Assembly (NCBI RefSeq): GCF_006345805.1
Contig: NC_042998.1
Span: forward strand, 182,528,001 to 182,592,000
Source: Octopus sinensis
Taxonomy: Eukaryota
Length of the DNA stretch: 64,000 nt
Direction: 5' to 3'
This document shows positions 28,437 to 41,624 of the stretch, piece by piece. Each line of letters starts with the position of its first letter. Within the stretch, counting starts at the first letter, position 1. Position numbers and translations under genes: made by a program. The notes under the pieces were generated by a model, which saw only the letters and a list, made by a program, of their open reading frames with translations, had not been told where the DNA came from and did not search any database.

Positions 28437-29337
28437 TACTAGCAGTATCGCCCGGCGTTGCTCGGGTTTGTAAGGGAAATAACTATATAAGCATTTTTAG
28501 AGAGTTATAGCAAAAAAATGCATTAAAAATGGAATAAAAAATTATGGTAATTTTTTTTTTAAATTGTTGACTCATTGTAGACATTTTTAGAGAGTTACTT
28601 CCCCTATATAATAGCAAAAAAATGCATTAAAATGGAAAAAATGATGGTAAATTTTTTTTAAATCGTAGACTCATCGTAGACGCACGCTAATACCCAGAAG
28701 GGCTCGATATGAATCACGACTTTAAGATACCCGGTTTTGGTTAAACTGCACCGCAAAATGTGGGAGTAGTTAGGAATCTAAATCGTAGGAGACAGACACA
28801 CAACTTCACTTTTATATATAAAGATTTGTGCAACAACTAAAACATTCGGTTGTGCAAATTGTTTGCACAGGAAACCTGCCCTGTGTGGCAGTTTTTGCCG
28901 TTTTTATGGATCTGTTTCAGCTTTTTTAGCGATTTCTGTTTTGGCGACTTCAAGCCATGAAGTCGTTGTTCTAAAAGAACGCTGGTCTCCTTGACAACGC
29001 TTTACGACGTTGATTTCCTTACACTCCCTTCCCCACAGCTTCATGAGGGAGGGAAGAAGGGGGAGAAGCAACACAGGTACAGGTGTGAGCATGGACGCCA
29101 ACTCCGCCGCCTTCCCTTTATTTAAAAAATATGCGTTAAAATGGAAAAAATTATGGTAAATTATTTTTAAAATCGTAAACTCATCGTAGACGTGCGCTAA
29201 TATCCGGACGGGCTCGATATGAATCACGACTATAAGATACCCGAATTTGGTCAAACTGCACCGCAAAATGTGGGAGTAGTTAGGAATCTAAATCGTAGGA
29301 GACAGACACTCACACAACTACAGTTTTATATATATAG

Positions 29338-29345
<8 letters not shown>
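28437..29345 (+). mobile_element. Non-autonomous Helitron/Helentron-like element with internal duplications
   Basis: tactagcagtatcgcccggcgttgctcggg start; internal block tagactcatcgtagacg...aatctaaatcgtaggagacagacac occurs twice (28670-28800, 29180-29310). Confidence 0.55.
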
Positions 29346-29395
<50 letters not shown>

Positions 29396-29491
29396 GTATG
29401 TATGTTTGTACTTATATATGCACACGCATACACACACACAAACTTATTTTACAACCTGGAGACATTGAATCCAAATATCTAACGTACATAC

Positions 29492-29545
29492 CATATCTGT
29501 ACCTTTGGATTCCATTTCAGGGTGCTTTTGACTTAGCTCACTTGT
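29492..29545 (-). CDS. Micro-exon 10 (TSELSQKHPEMESKGTDM)
   Basis: Acceptor tttttactccattttgtAG, donor ATG|GTatgt, 54 nt, phase 0. Confidence 0.85.
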
Positions 29546-30214
29546 CTACAAAATGGAGTAAAAACAAAAAAAATATTTCTGATCACATTTTTAAAACAAA
29601 TATATTTCATGATTTTTAGTTTTATAATTCTTTCTAAAAGAAGAAAAAAGGCCTGCAATTTAGAAGAGGAGGTCAGTTGATTACATTGACCTCAGTACTT
29701 AACTGATACTTTACTTATCAACTTTGACCTTGAATTTTGAACTCAGACAATAAAGCCTGAAAAAATACTGCTCAGCATTTTGTCTAGAATGTTAATGATT
29801 CTGCCAGCTAGCCATCTTATGATATTTTAAATTTAGAATGTTAAGTGTTTTGAGTTTGATAAAATTTGTTATGAGCATCTGTCATCTTACCGATGAGTCT
29901 CTTGCTCTCTCTATTTGCTTGACTGTCTATCTGTTTAACTATCTGTCTACGTATATACACATGTATATACAGTGTGTGATAGGTATATTACTCTTTACTC
30001 TTTTACTCTTTTACTTGTTTCAGTCATGTGACTGTGGCCATGCTGGAGCACCACCTTTAGTCGATCAAATCGACCCCAGGACTTATTCTTTGTACGCCTA
30101 GTACTTATTTTATCGGTCTCTTTTTTGCCGAACCGCTAAGTTACGGGGACGTAAACACACCAGCATCGGTTGTCAAGCGATGTTGGGAGGACAAATACAG
30201 ACACACAAACACGC

Positions 30215-30245
<31 letters not shown>

Positions 30246-30424
30246 CATATATACGACGGGCTTCTTTCAGTTTCCGTCTACCAAATCCACTCACAAGGCT
30301 TTGGTCGGCCTGAGGCTATAGTAGAAGACACTTACCCATGGTGCCACGCAGTGGGACTGAACCCGGAACCATGTGGTTCGTAAGCAAGCTACTTACCACA
30401 CAGCCACTCCTACGCCTATGTCAC

Positions 30425-31250
30425 TATTTTATATTTTAATTTCATGCATGCACACTGTTTTTGATTTTGTTGACTACACAGTACAGTAAGGTCTGTTGGG
30501 CACCATCTGTGAGAAAAACAGCACCATGACGAAATTCACTCCACCAGAAGTTTGGAAACGACATGCTGTACTGCTTGGAATTCATGCAGGAAGCTCCAAT
30601 ACAAACATTTCAGAGTGTTTGGGTGTCAATATGAGGACATGTAACAAGAGTAATAAAAATGAAACATCCAGTCAACATCATGGTGTTTGGGATGATCAGT
30701 AGTGATAGCAATGTTCTGCCTCCATTCATCTTCCCACATGGCCTCAGAGCCAACAGAGAGGCCTACATCAAGTGCCTGGAGGGGGTAGTGTTGCCCTGGG
30801 TCAAAATAGTAGCTGCTGGAAGACTCTGTGTCTGGTAACAGGACTCTGCACCATGCCACACAAGCAGGAGAACCCAGTCATGGCTGTCAGACAACTTCTG
30901 TGACCACATCACCCCGAACATCTGAGACTACAACCCTCTTGATTATTATGTGTGGGGTGCAGTTGAACAAGAGACCAACAAAACCCCTTGTAACACCAAA
31001 GGTGAATTGAAGGCAAGGATTACGGCAGCATTCACCAACTTAAACAAGGAGACCATCCAGAAGAGTTTCAGATTCCGAAATTGTCTGGAGGCTGTGGTTG
31101 AAGCCAATGGCGATTTCATTGAAAAAATTTACTTTTTAGTATTTCAAGATATTTTTATGTAATTTTTGTAAATATATCTGTTAAAATGAGATGTCAATGA
31201 TATTTTCATTTTTGCATAATTTAGACGATAGTTTATTCACCACAACTTGT
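30425..31250 (+). mobile_element. Tc1/mariner (maT/DD37D-like) transposase remnant; related fragment at 60270-60590 (-)
   Basis: MVFGMISSDSNVLPPFIFPHGL, VW*QDSAPCHTSRRTQSWLSDNF, DYYVWGAVEQETNKTPCNTKGELKARI with internal stops. Confidence 0.88.
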
Positions 31251-31789
31251 ATGTATTTATCTATCTATCTACCTTTCTCTATATACACATACATATGGTG
31301 GCTGTTGTTTCATTAACTGAGTCTGACATTTCTCAACACCAGCACTAACAGAGTACATTCACATAGGCACCAAACTGGTTAAAAACTAACATCACACAAT
31401 CTCACAAGTAATATGGAACTGAATATTTACAGTTTAAATTACTAGAAGATGGTGTTAGAAATAGTCTACATGTTATGTGACCAGAAATGATGCTTTAGTT
31501 TAGTAAGAGATTTACAAATTTTTCCATACAGGCAACATGAAAATGGATATCATTATTGTGACATTTCATGTGCTTTGTTAACCCAGATTAACTTCTACAG
31601 ATATCATTGCAAACAGAACAAGGCAATTCAGATTGTAACTGTGAAAAGTGGGCCTATATAAGTGCTTCCAATTATGACAAACTAGTCAAGTTTGGAAGAG
31701 ACAAGTATGGTTGCAAGTATCACAAATTAGGAAAGAAAGATCATTGACCACAAGAAACCCTTTCTTGCCACTCTTTTTATCAGTGCCTG

Positions 31790-31975
31790 TTTCTGCTTGT
31801 TACGTTCTGAGTTCAAATTCCGCCGAGGTCGACTTTGCCTGTCATCCTTTCGGGGTCGATAAATAAAGTACCAGTTATGCACTGGGGTCGATGTCATCGA
31901 CTTAATCCCTTTGTCTGTCCTTGTTTGTCCCCTCTATGTTTAGCCCCTTGTGGGCAATAAAGAAATAAAAAGAAA
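31790..31975 (+). mobile_element. SINE family 2. Other copies: 38186-38375(+), 38060-38155(-), 44690-44760(-), 44930-45160(-), degraded 53520-53630(+), 29650-29820(-)
   Basis: gttctgagttcaaattccgccgaggtcgactttgcctttcatcctttcggggtcgataaa core with tail ccccttgtgggcaataaagaaat. Confidence 0.8.
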
Positions 31976-32176
31976 GGAAAAAAAAGAAAAGTGATAACTT
32001 AATATTTGCTTCAAAGACAAGAGACACAATAGACACATTTTGGAAATGGTTTGACTTCATTACTTTAACATAATTCTTGCTATTCCAAACAAATATGGAC
32101 AATTTAACACATACTAAAGAGTTTAATACATGCTTGATTACGGGGAATTTGTAAATTATGATGCTAAAATAGATAC

Positions 32177-32233
32177 CATATCAGTGCCTTCGTCTACAAA
32201 TTTGGTAACTCTGAAAGCTGGCATGCAACTTGT
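32177..32233 (-). CDS. Micro-exon 9 (TSCMPAFRVTKFVDEGTDM)
   Basis: Acceptor ctttttatattttacAG, donor ATG|GTatct, 57 nt, phase 0; shares P5 and F7 with exons 6-8 and the GTDM end with exon 10. Confidence 0.82.
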
Positions 32234-32398
32234 CTGTAAAATATAAAAAGAGAAACATCTCTGATTGTATTAACAGGTCAAACGGATTTCAAACTATGCT
32301 ATATGCATATTTCTTTAAAATTTGAATGAATATCTGAACACATATACATATGCATGCACATACACACATATATATGTGTATATGAACATGCCTGTGAG

Positions 32399-32436
<38 letters not shown>

Positions 32437-32737
32437 CGAGTGTGTGTGTGTAAGTGTGTGTACACATATAATCTTTTATCTTTTACTTGTCTCAATCATT
32501 GGATTGCGGCCATGATGGGACACCACCTTGAAGAATTTCAGTCAAATAAATCAAATTTTAAAGTCTGGTAATTATTCTGTCAGTGACTTTTGTTGGGCCA
32601 CTAAATTATGGAGATGTAAACTCACTATTACCAGTTGTCAAGCAGTGGAGGACAAACACAGATACAAAGACACACACACAGATACACATAGATATAAAAA
32701 CATACATACATACATATATATACTTACACACACACAC

Positions 32738-32797
<60 letters not shown>

Positions 32798-32819
32798 ATG
32801 CATATATATATATATATGC

Positions 32820-32851
<32 letters not shown>

Positions 32852-33559
32852 GCTGGTGACACGTAAAAAGCACCATCTGATTGTGGCCGTTTGCCAGCCT
32901 CGCCTGGCACCTGTGCCGGTGGCACGTAAAAAGCACCCACTACATTCACAGAGTTGTTGACGTTAGGAAGGGCATCCAGCCGTAGAAACATTGCCAGATC
33001 ATACTGGGCCTGGTGCAGCCTTCTGGCTTCCCAGACCCCAGTTGAACCGGCCAACCTATGCTAGCATGGAAAGCGGACGCTAAATGATGATGATGATATA
33101 TAAGATACAAAAATGGGACAAGAATGCAAAACATCCAGACAGACAATACAAAGAAAACAAGGATGGGTCATTTGGAGGTTTCTATCTTCAGTCGAGTTCC
33201 ATATTATCTTTGCAGTTTTGGCTGGTTATACTCGATATTGCTCCAATCAAGCCAGCCACAAGGAAAAACTAAGCTAAGAGCATTAGATTCCTTGGAAGAA
33301 AGCAGTGAATGTATACGAAAAAAAGGACAAGAAAAAACAGAGAAATGTTACAGAAATACAAATGCAATAAACAGGACATAACAACAGGTGTCAAACTACG
33401 AACTAATATAGTTCTTAAATTTGACAGAAAAAGGGAAGCTAATTCGCTGGTGTAAAGATAACACACTTAGTCTTGTTAACAAAGGGATGTGGATTCGAGT
33501 CCCATGCGAATAGGAAAGTCTACTTTTTTCTGTCAAGGGCTTATATATATATATATATA

Positions 33560-34260
33560 TAGCATCCCAATGGATTCCAGGGAGTGCATGGGGGCTCTGA
33601 CTTTGGACCTAGAAATGAGGAGGGAACAACACTGCTGGAATTTTGTGATGCAAATGATCTCATGATCTGAAGCACTAACTTCAGAAAACCAGCCAGCCAC
33701 CTAATCTCTTTACAGTCTGGTGGGCACATAAGCCAGACTGACTGCCTCCTCACCAGGCAATGAGATAGATGGATGCTTAAAAATGCAAAGTTTTCCCCAG
33801 GTGAAGAGTGTACAACCCAAAGTAGGTTACTAGTTAGTGACTTCAGAATTAGAGCTAGAATATCTTGGAGAAATAAATCAATCTGGAAAAGAAGACTATG
33901 GAAGCTCAAAGACACAGCAAACAGACAAAAATTTAGAGATTTCTTAATGGAAGCTTCTGATAAAAGAGAGGAAGAGTTGGAGATATATAACTTAGAGAAC
34001 AATTGGAAGTTCCAGTGGAACAATTACTGAGGGCTACAGACGAAATCTGAGGTTGGTGTAGAGTCCCAGCTAGACTAAGGGCAATATGGTGGTGGAGCAA
34101 ATAGGTAGACAGTGCTATAAAAGCAAAAAGACAGGCCTGGAATGACTGGAAAAATGGTAGAAGTGCAGAATTATATCAGGTAGCCAAAAGGTTTACCTAG
34201 CAAAAAGAATAGCTGAAGGTAAGAGATTTGCAAGTGTTCTACAGAATAAGGATCAGAGAC
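33560..34260 (+). mobile_element. RTE LINE endonuclease-region fragment
   Basis: NEEGTTLLEFCDANDLMI*STNFRKPASHLI, QSRLLVSDFRIR, WKRRLWKLKD; homologous to 20950-21770. Confidence 0.85.
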
Positions 34261-35489
34261 ACTAAGGTACCATGCAGTGGGACTGAATTTGGAATACTGC
34301 CTGTACCTATATATGATGTTTCAGTTGTTCAATTCACTGAATTATCTGCTTATCAATGTAGCATATAAGTGTGTTATGGCGAGATCATGACACCCCCTCT
34401 GAGAATGGACTAGCCAAACTCGTATAAGTAGCAGCTTGTTTTGACTGGGAGATGAAAAATTGAAAGGAAGTCGAAAGGTGTCATTCATAAGTTTGTGGAG
34501 TCTGTTGAGAAGTTGCTATAGTTCATTGAGAGTTGTTTTGGATTGGTTACAGTTGTTGGCAGAGTATTTGGGAATACAACAAGTGGAGACAGTTGGTATA
34601 TGCCCCCTTCCATGGTATTGTATCATAGCCTGTTATAAGTTCATGTTATAAAAGTGGCAACAAGAATATCCACATCATGACAAAGTGGCTGAGTATTCCA
34701 TAGGCACATGTGCCCGTAACATATTCCCAAAGCAGAATCAGTATGACAGTGTACAACAAGGCTGTACCTTTGAATTACACTTACAATACATCCAAAAGGT
34801 TTCCATGCTGTTTTCAGTGGGCCCAAGGCTATAGAAAATAACATTTGTTCAAAATACTATATGAGAAGGATTGAATCTGAGATTTCATGCTTGCAAAGTG
34901 AACTTCACCATTTGGACATACAGCACCTATATTTGTGTGTGTGTATGCATGCATGTGTGCAAAGAAGTATTTGTATAGATTTGTGCCTAAATGTATGTCT
35001 CTGTCCTTCTCTGTATCAAGGTAATGTTGCAGTCGCTTTTAGTTACACTCCTGTAAATTTACTGCGTCTCTAAACTCATGTGAATTTACTGCATTCAGAT
35101 CAATGAAACCACCTTCCAAATTCCCAGTAATTACTCTGTCTCCAGTTTCACAAGGTCTACATCTATTAACTCATCTCCCATGCACTTCCAAAATGAAATA
35201 CTGAGCTCTGTCCATCATTACTATTCTTTTTTTTTTTTTTTTACTTGTTTCAGTCATTTGACTGCGGCTATGCTGGAGCACCGCCTTTAATCGAGCAACT
35301 CGATCCTGGGACTTATTCTTTGTAAGCCCAGCACTTATTCTATCGGTCTCTTTTGCCAAACCGCTAGGTGACGGGGACATAAACACACCAGCATCGATTG
35401 TCAAGCAATGCTAGGGGGACTAACACAGACACACATACATACACGCACATATATATATACATATATATATATATATATGTGTGTGTGTG

Positions 35490-35522
<33 letters not shown>

Positions 35523-36159
35523 CGACGGGCTTCCTTTCAGTTTCCATCTACCAAATCCACTCACAAGGCTTTGGTCGGCCCGAGGCTATAGTAGAAGACA
35601 CTTGCTCAAGGTGCCACGCAGTGGGACTGAACCCGGAACCATGTGGTTGTTAAACAAGCTACTTATCACACAGCCACTCCTGTGCCTATCATTATTTTCC
35701 TTGTAGTTATCCCTCTCATTTCGGTCAAATGCATGTGGTATGCCTGCCCATTTACCAGTTTCAATGAGCTGAACACTTGGAGACACTTCAATGATATTTT
35801 CAATAATTATTTTACATATAAATGAGTGCATGACATGATTGTAAAATACTGGAAGTAAACGTTTTGCTGGTCCAGACATGTCACAAGGGTCACAGATAAT
35901 AGATGAACTTATACTGAGAAAGACAAGTAAGTAAAATAATTTCAGCAAAGATGGACAAAAATGGTGTGATCAAGATAGAATTGAAAGTACATTATAACCA
36001 GCAGTGTATAATAACATCCAATATTCTTATCAACACAGATGATGCATGTGATAGATGATAGACTCTACATATATGTTGAGTTCTTTATTCAACAAATATT
36101 CAGTGTTTATATGCTTAATGAAAGCATGTTGTAATATATGTATATACATATATATATAT

Positions 36160-36207
<48 letters not shown>

Positions 36208-36340
36208 TACATACATATATCTATATATATATATACACACACACATACACACACACACACGCACATATATATATATATATATATATGCATGTATTTGCTT
36301 CCTAGTCTAAAAAGTCAATACATTTAAAATATATGAATAC

Positions 36341-36397
36341 CGTAGAAGCATCTTTCATCTCCTTTGTGGGTGACTCAAAAACTGGAACACTTTGTAC
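36341..36397 (-). CDS. Micro-exon 8 (VQSVPVFESPTKEMKDAST)
   Basis: Acceptor tttttattatattcatAG, donor ACG|GTattc, 57 nt, phase 0. Confidence 0.85.
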
Positions 36398-36539
36398 CTA
36401 TGAATATAATAAAAATAAAAAGAAAGTCACTTGTATAAACATAGTCAATATATTTCATTGTTTCAAATTGCACAGTTTAAAGACACTTTAGAATTTAACA
36501 TGTATACAAGTGTGTGTATATATATATATATATAATATA

Positions 36540-36578
<39 letters not shown>

Positions 36579-36782
36579 ACCTCGTGAGTACCGCTGCCGA
36601 TTTTTTTCCTCTGTCTTCCCTTCTCGGGATCTTTCCTTCTCCTATGTTTCTGACGAAGAGCTCCGCTCGAAACGTTAAACCCTCCTTCTTCCCTTCCTTC
36701 CTGAGCGTCCAATAATACTTTATTTGTTCTACGTCCTCGCGTTGCTGTGTTCATTTTGTTTTTTGTGTTTTCTTGTTTGGAT

Positions 36783-36821
<39 letters not shown>

Positions 36822-36854
36822 ATATATATACATGTATATATATATATATATTTA

Positions 36855-37725
36855 TAATATGCAGTTTAATGCTGAAAAATTCCAGGCCCTGCGCTACCAG
36901 CATCCAAAACTGAATATTAAACTTACAGGATACACCGGTCCACAGGGAATTTCAATCCCAGAGCCTAAGTCTGTGAGGGACCTGGGTATCGACATGAGTG
37001 ATGATACCTCTTTCCAAGTGCACATTACCAGGATGGCGACAAAGTGCAGACGACTGGCTGGGTGGATCCTAAGAACATTCAGAACCAGAGATAAGGAAAC
37101 CATGATGGTCCTCTGGCGGACATTCGTCCTCAGTCACCTGGATTACTGCTCACAGCTATGGTCACCCACATGTGTAAAATTAACAGCGGACCTTGAAGCA
37201 ATCCAGAGAAGTTTCACAAAGAAGATCATCTCTTTGCAACAGCTCAGCAACTGGGAAAGGTTGAAACAGCTAAGACTCTACTCCCTGGAGAGAAGACGGG
37301 AGAAGTATGCAGTAATATATGTCTGGAAGATCCTGGAAGGAATTGTGCCAAATTTTGGCATTGTAAGCTACACCAATGCTAGAAAGGGACGACACTGCAT
37401 AATGCCAAAGATCACAGCAATGCCATCACGCTTCAGGACCAGCTTCTGCAACAGCCTGGGTTTCAAGGGCCCACAGCTTTTTAATATTCTCCCAAAGAGT
37501 CTGAGGAACTTGCACAAAGTAGATGTAGTGGTTTTTAAATCAAAGCTGGACATCTTTCTGTCAAGAGTCCCAGATGAACCTACCTCACGGCAAGAGGTGC
37601 AAATAAGAGTAGCTATATCAAACTCCATTCTTCACCAAGTGCCATATATTAGATGAGGTTCGTCGTAATAACAGTGTAGCACAAAATGGCGGTGCATCAG
37701 CATGGCCGCAGCTCTGAGCTGAAAC
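36855..37725 (+). mobile_element. CR1-clade LINE 3' fragment (RT C-terminus plus 3' UTR), 5'-truncated, with an intact reading frame
   Basis: MQFNAEKFQ, VRDLGI, WILRTFRTRD, SHLDYCSQLWSP, LEAIQRSFTKKI, LYSLERRREKY. Confidence 0.93.
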
Positions 37726-38012
37726 TAGGAAAAAAAAATATATATATATATTGATCTTTGACCTCTGGCCGAAATCAGATCGCCATGTTGATTCGTTAGT
37801 TACTGCACACATTTTTTTTCTCTCCTTCTTTCTGTGTTTTTTTTTTTTTTTCTCTCTGTGTATCTTTCTGTTGAAGAGCATAGGCTCGAAACGTTAAAGA
37901 CTTGTTTTATTTATATTTCCTGAGCGCCATACTAATACAATTGTTTGTTTGTTCCCACCTGCCTTCGTCTTTTGTCTATTTTCATAAAGCTTCCTGTTAT
38001 ATATATGTATAT

Positions 38013-38059
<47 letters not shown>

Positions 38060-38152
38060 CGGGAAGTTTTGCGGAATTTTAACTCAGAACATAACGACAG
38101 ACGAAATCCCGCTAAGCATTTCGCCCGGTGCACCAACGTTCCTGCCAACTTG

Positions 38153-38188
<36 letters not shown>

Positions 38189-38669
38189 CGGGATTTCGTC
38201 TGTCGTTATGTTCTGAGTTAAAATTCCGCCAAGGTCGACTTTGCCTTTCAGCCTTTTGGGGTCGATAAATAAAGTACCAGTTTCGCACTGAGGTCGATGT
38301 AATCGAATTAATCTCTTTGTCTGTCCTTGTTTGTCCCCTCTATGTTTAGCCCCTTGTGGGTAGTAAAGAAAAAAAAGTATATATATGTATATGTGTGTTT
38401 GTGTGTCTATGTTTGTCCCCCTAGCATTGCTTGACAACCTATGCTGGTGTGTTTACGTCCCCGTCATTTAGCGGTTCAGCAAAAGAGACCGATAGAATAA
38501 GTACTGGGCTTACAAAGAATAAGTCCCAGGGTTGATTTGCTCGACTAAAGGCGGTGCTCCAGCATGGCTGCAGTCAAAATGACTGAAACAAGTAAAAGAG
38601 TAAAGAGTATATATATATATATATTCAAATATGAATGAGAAGCAGCACAAGTGTTGTAAACATCAGCAA

Positions 38670-39057
38670 GATGGAAGCACTCCGTCGGTTACGACGACGA
38701 GGATTCCGGTTGATCCGAATCAACGGAACAGCCTGCTCGTGAAATTAACGTGTAAGTGGCTGAGCACTTCACAGACACGTGTACCCTTAACGTAGTTCTC
38801 GGGGATATTCAGCGTGACACAGAGAGTGACAAGACCGGCCCTTTGAAATACAGGTACAACAGAAACAGGAAGTAAGAGTGAGAGAAAGTTGTGGTGAAAG
38901 AGTACAGCAGGGATCACCACCATCCCCTGCCGGAGCCTCGTGGAGCTTTAGGTGTTTTCGCTCAATAAACACTCACAACGCCTGGTCTGGGAATCGAAAC
39001 CGCGATCCTATGACCGCGAGTCCGCTGCCCTAACCACTGGGCCATTGCGCCTCCACT
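38670..39057 (-). mobile_element. tRNA-head SINE (family 3), near full length
   Basis: Minus-strand head gtggaggcgcaatggcccagtggttagggcagcggactcgcggtcataggatcgcggtttcgattcccagacc with A and B boxes, followed by a non-tRNA body. Confidence 0.8.
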
Positions 39058-40109
39058 AAACATCAGCAAACACACATATAGAATGTGTGAACTTTGCTTA
39101 CTCACTAGTTGGTTACAATTTAATGCAGAGAAAGTGACTCTCTCAGAACAACAGGTGTTAAAACACCTATAATTGACAGTCATAGACAGGTGAGACAAGT
39201 AACCACAAGTCCCATTCCACAGCAATGGACATCAATGTTTTTCCATTTTTATGGTTTATGAACATCATATACCTGAACCGAACTGGAGACAACTTGAATC
39301 ACCTGTCCCTGACGATATGTAAAATGATGTAAAAGCCATCTGCAGGTATGTCCAAGCGATTGTCAAGTTGTAATCAAGAGATTGGAAAAGGCTGCTTGGA
39401 GGACCTCCATGGCAACAGGACAGCAAGATGGACAACAATGGTGTAATCAAGACAACTGAACGTGCATTATGACCAACAGTGTATAATATCCAATATTCTT
39501 ATCAACACAAATGACACATGTGATAAATGATACACTCTGCATATATATTAAGTCCTTTATTCAACAAATATTCAATATCTATATGCCTAATGAAAGCATG
39601 TTTTAGAATATATATATATATATATATATGACCTGCTGTTCTTGAGGAGACCCACAGAGTCAAGTACGTCAACACCAACATCAAAATAAAAATAAAATGG
39701 AATTGTAGTTAAGGCACCTGTGCCGGTGACATGTAAAAAGCACCGTCTGAATGTGACAGAAGCCAGCGCTGCCTGACTGGCGTCCGTGTCGGTGACATGT
39801 AAAAGCACCAACCGATTGTGGCCATTTGCCAGCTTCCTCTGGCTCCTGTGCCAGTGGCATGTAAAAAAACACCCACTGCACTCACGGAGTGGTTGGCATT
39901 AGGAAGGGCATCCAGCTGTAGAAACACTGCCAAACCAGACTGGAGCCTGGTGCAGCCTCCTGGCTTCCCAGACCCCGGTTGAACCGTCCAACCCATACTT
40001 GTATGGAAAACGGACGTTAAACGATGATGATGATAATGATGATATATATATACGTAAATGTCGAATGATGAAAATGAGTGCTCAGCACCGCATTGGTGGA
40101 TATCATTTC

Positions 40110-40345
40110 TTTATTTGTGAATTAAGGCTACCATTGGTTTCATGTTAAGAAAAGTAGGAAAATATCCCAGGGTCTTAACAATTTTTCAAGCTGATCACAT
40201 GAAGAAAGGTGTTCACCTCCTTGTTTTCCAAAATGAAGGCAAACACCTTTTTCTGTGTGATTGGCTTGAAAAATTGTTAAGACATTTAGATATTTTCCTA
40301 CTTTTCTTAACATGAAACCAATGGTAGCTTTAATTCACAAATAAA
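40110..40345. repeat. Long palindrome / MITE-like foldback with ~105-bp arms
   Basis: tttatttgtgaattaaggctaccattggtttcatgttaagaaaagtaggaaaatatc pairs with gatattttcctacttttcttaacatgaaaccaatggtagctttaattcacaaataaa; inner segments also pair. Confidence 0.9.
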
Positions 40346-40397
40346 TATATACATATACATAAAAACATGTATCAAAACATCTAAAGTATATGAATAC

Positions 40398-40454
40398 TGA
40401 AGAAGAATTTTTCATGTCCGGTGTGACTGTTTCAAAAGCTGGAGTACTTTTTGC
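40398..40454 (-). CDS. Micro-exon 7 (AKSTPAFETVTPDMKNSSS)
   Basis: Acceptor tttttatcatatttatAG, donor GTattc, 57 nt, phase 0. Confidence 0.85.
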
Positions 40455-40944
40455 CTATAAATATGATAAAAACAAAAAAGTTACTTGTATGGGCATAGTC
40501 AATATATTTCATTGTTTCAAATTGTACAATTTAAAGAGACTTTAGCACTTGAAATGTTTTGGAGTTGCTAAAATAATCAGTGCATGCATAAATGCATGTG
40601 TGTGAGTGTGTTGTGTGTGTGTGTGTGTGTGTGTGTTTGTGTGCATATTTTATAGGTATGCTAGGCAGACAATCTGGTCTATGATGATGGTGATGATGGT
40701 GTTCATAATGTAGGATTAATTTGTTTGTCCATCTCTCTCACATACCTTTGGTGATGGTGGTGGTGATGATGATGAAAATGTTGATGACGATGATGATAAT
40801 GATGATGATGATAGCAAAATGGCTGGTATTTTGTCTCAAAATTCTCACAGTAATACTGATAATGAAGGATTTATTAGGTTGTCCATCTCTATTGCATATC
40901 CTCAGTGTTTATGATGATGATGATGGTGGTGGTGGTGGTCTCTG

Positions 40945-41592
40945 AGGAAGCTAGGAATAGATGAATGGCTTGTGAAAGCAGAATAGGCCATGCACAGGGG
41001 TACTGTTAATAAGGTAAGAGTTGGCCATAGGTACAGTGAGGAATTTAGAGTACAGGTAGGTGTTCACCAAGGGATGGTCCTATTCATCATTGTCCTTCAA
41101 GCCATAACAGAGAAAAGAATTTAAAACTGGAAGCCCATAGAAACTACTATATGCTGATGATCTCACCATCATAGCAGAATCTGTAACAGAATTAGAAAAG
41201 AAATTGCAGGTGTGGAAACAGAACTTGGAATCGAAGAGTCTTAAAATCAACTTACCAAAGACCAAGTTCCTAGTAAGCAAGAAAATGGAAAGGCCCTGCT
41301 TCACATGTAGAAAAGATGTTGGCAGAAATTCATTCAGTGTACCCAGCACAAGCTATGGATACACAAGAGGTGCTGGGGAATAGTAGGAATAATAGGTGTA
41401 GGTGTAGCTATGTGGTAAGAACGTTGCTTCTCAACACATTGTTCCGAGTTCAGTCCCACTGCATGGCCCCTTGGGCAAGTATCTTCTACTATATCTTTGG
41501 GCTGACCAAAGCCTTGTGAGTGGATTTGGTTGACAGAAACTGAAAGAAGCCCATCATATATGTGTGTGTGTATGTGTGTGTGTGTGTGTGTA

Positions 41593-41624
<32 letters not shown>

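Noticed and set aside
36724-37656. 310-aa ORF as a host gene
   Set aside because: The N-terminus is microsatellite-derived and the rest is the CR1 reverse-transcriptase C-terminus, so it is a retrotransposon fragment.
38985-39057. tRNA gene
   Set aside because: The tRNA-like head continues into a SINE body, and no complete cloverleaf or acceptor stem is evident.
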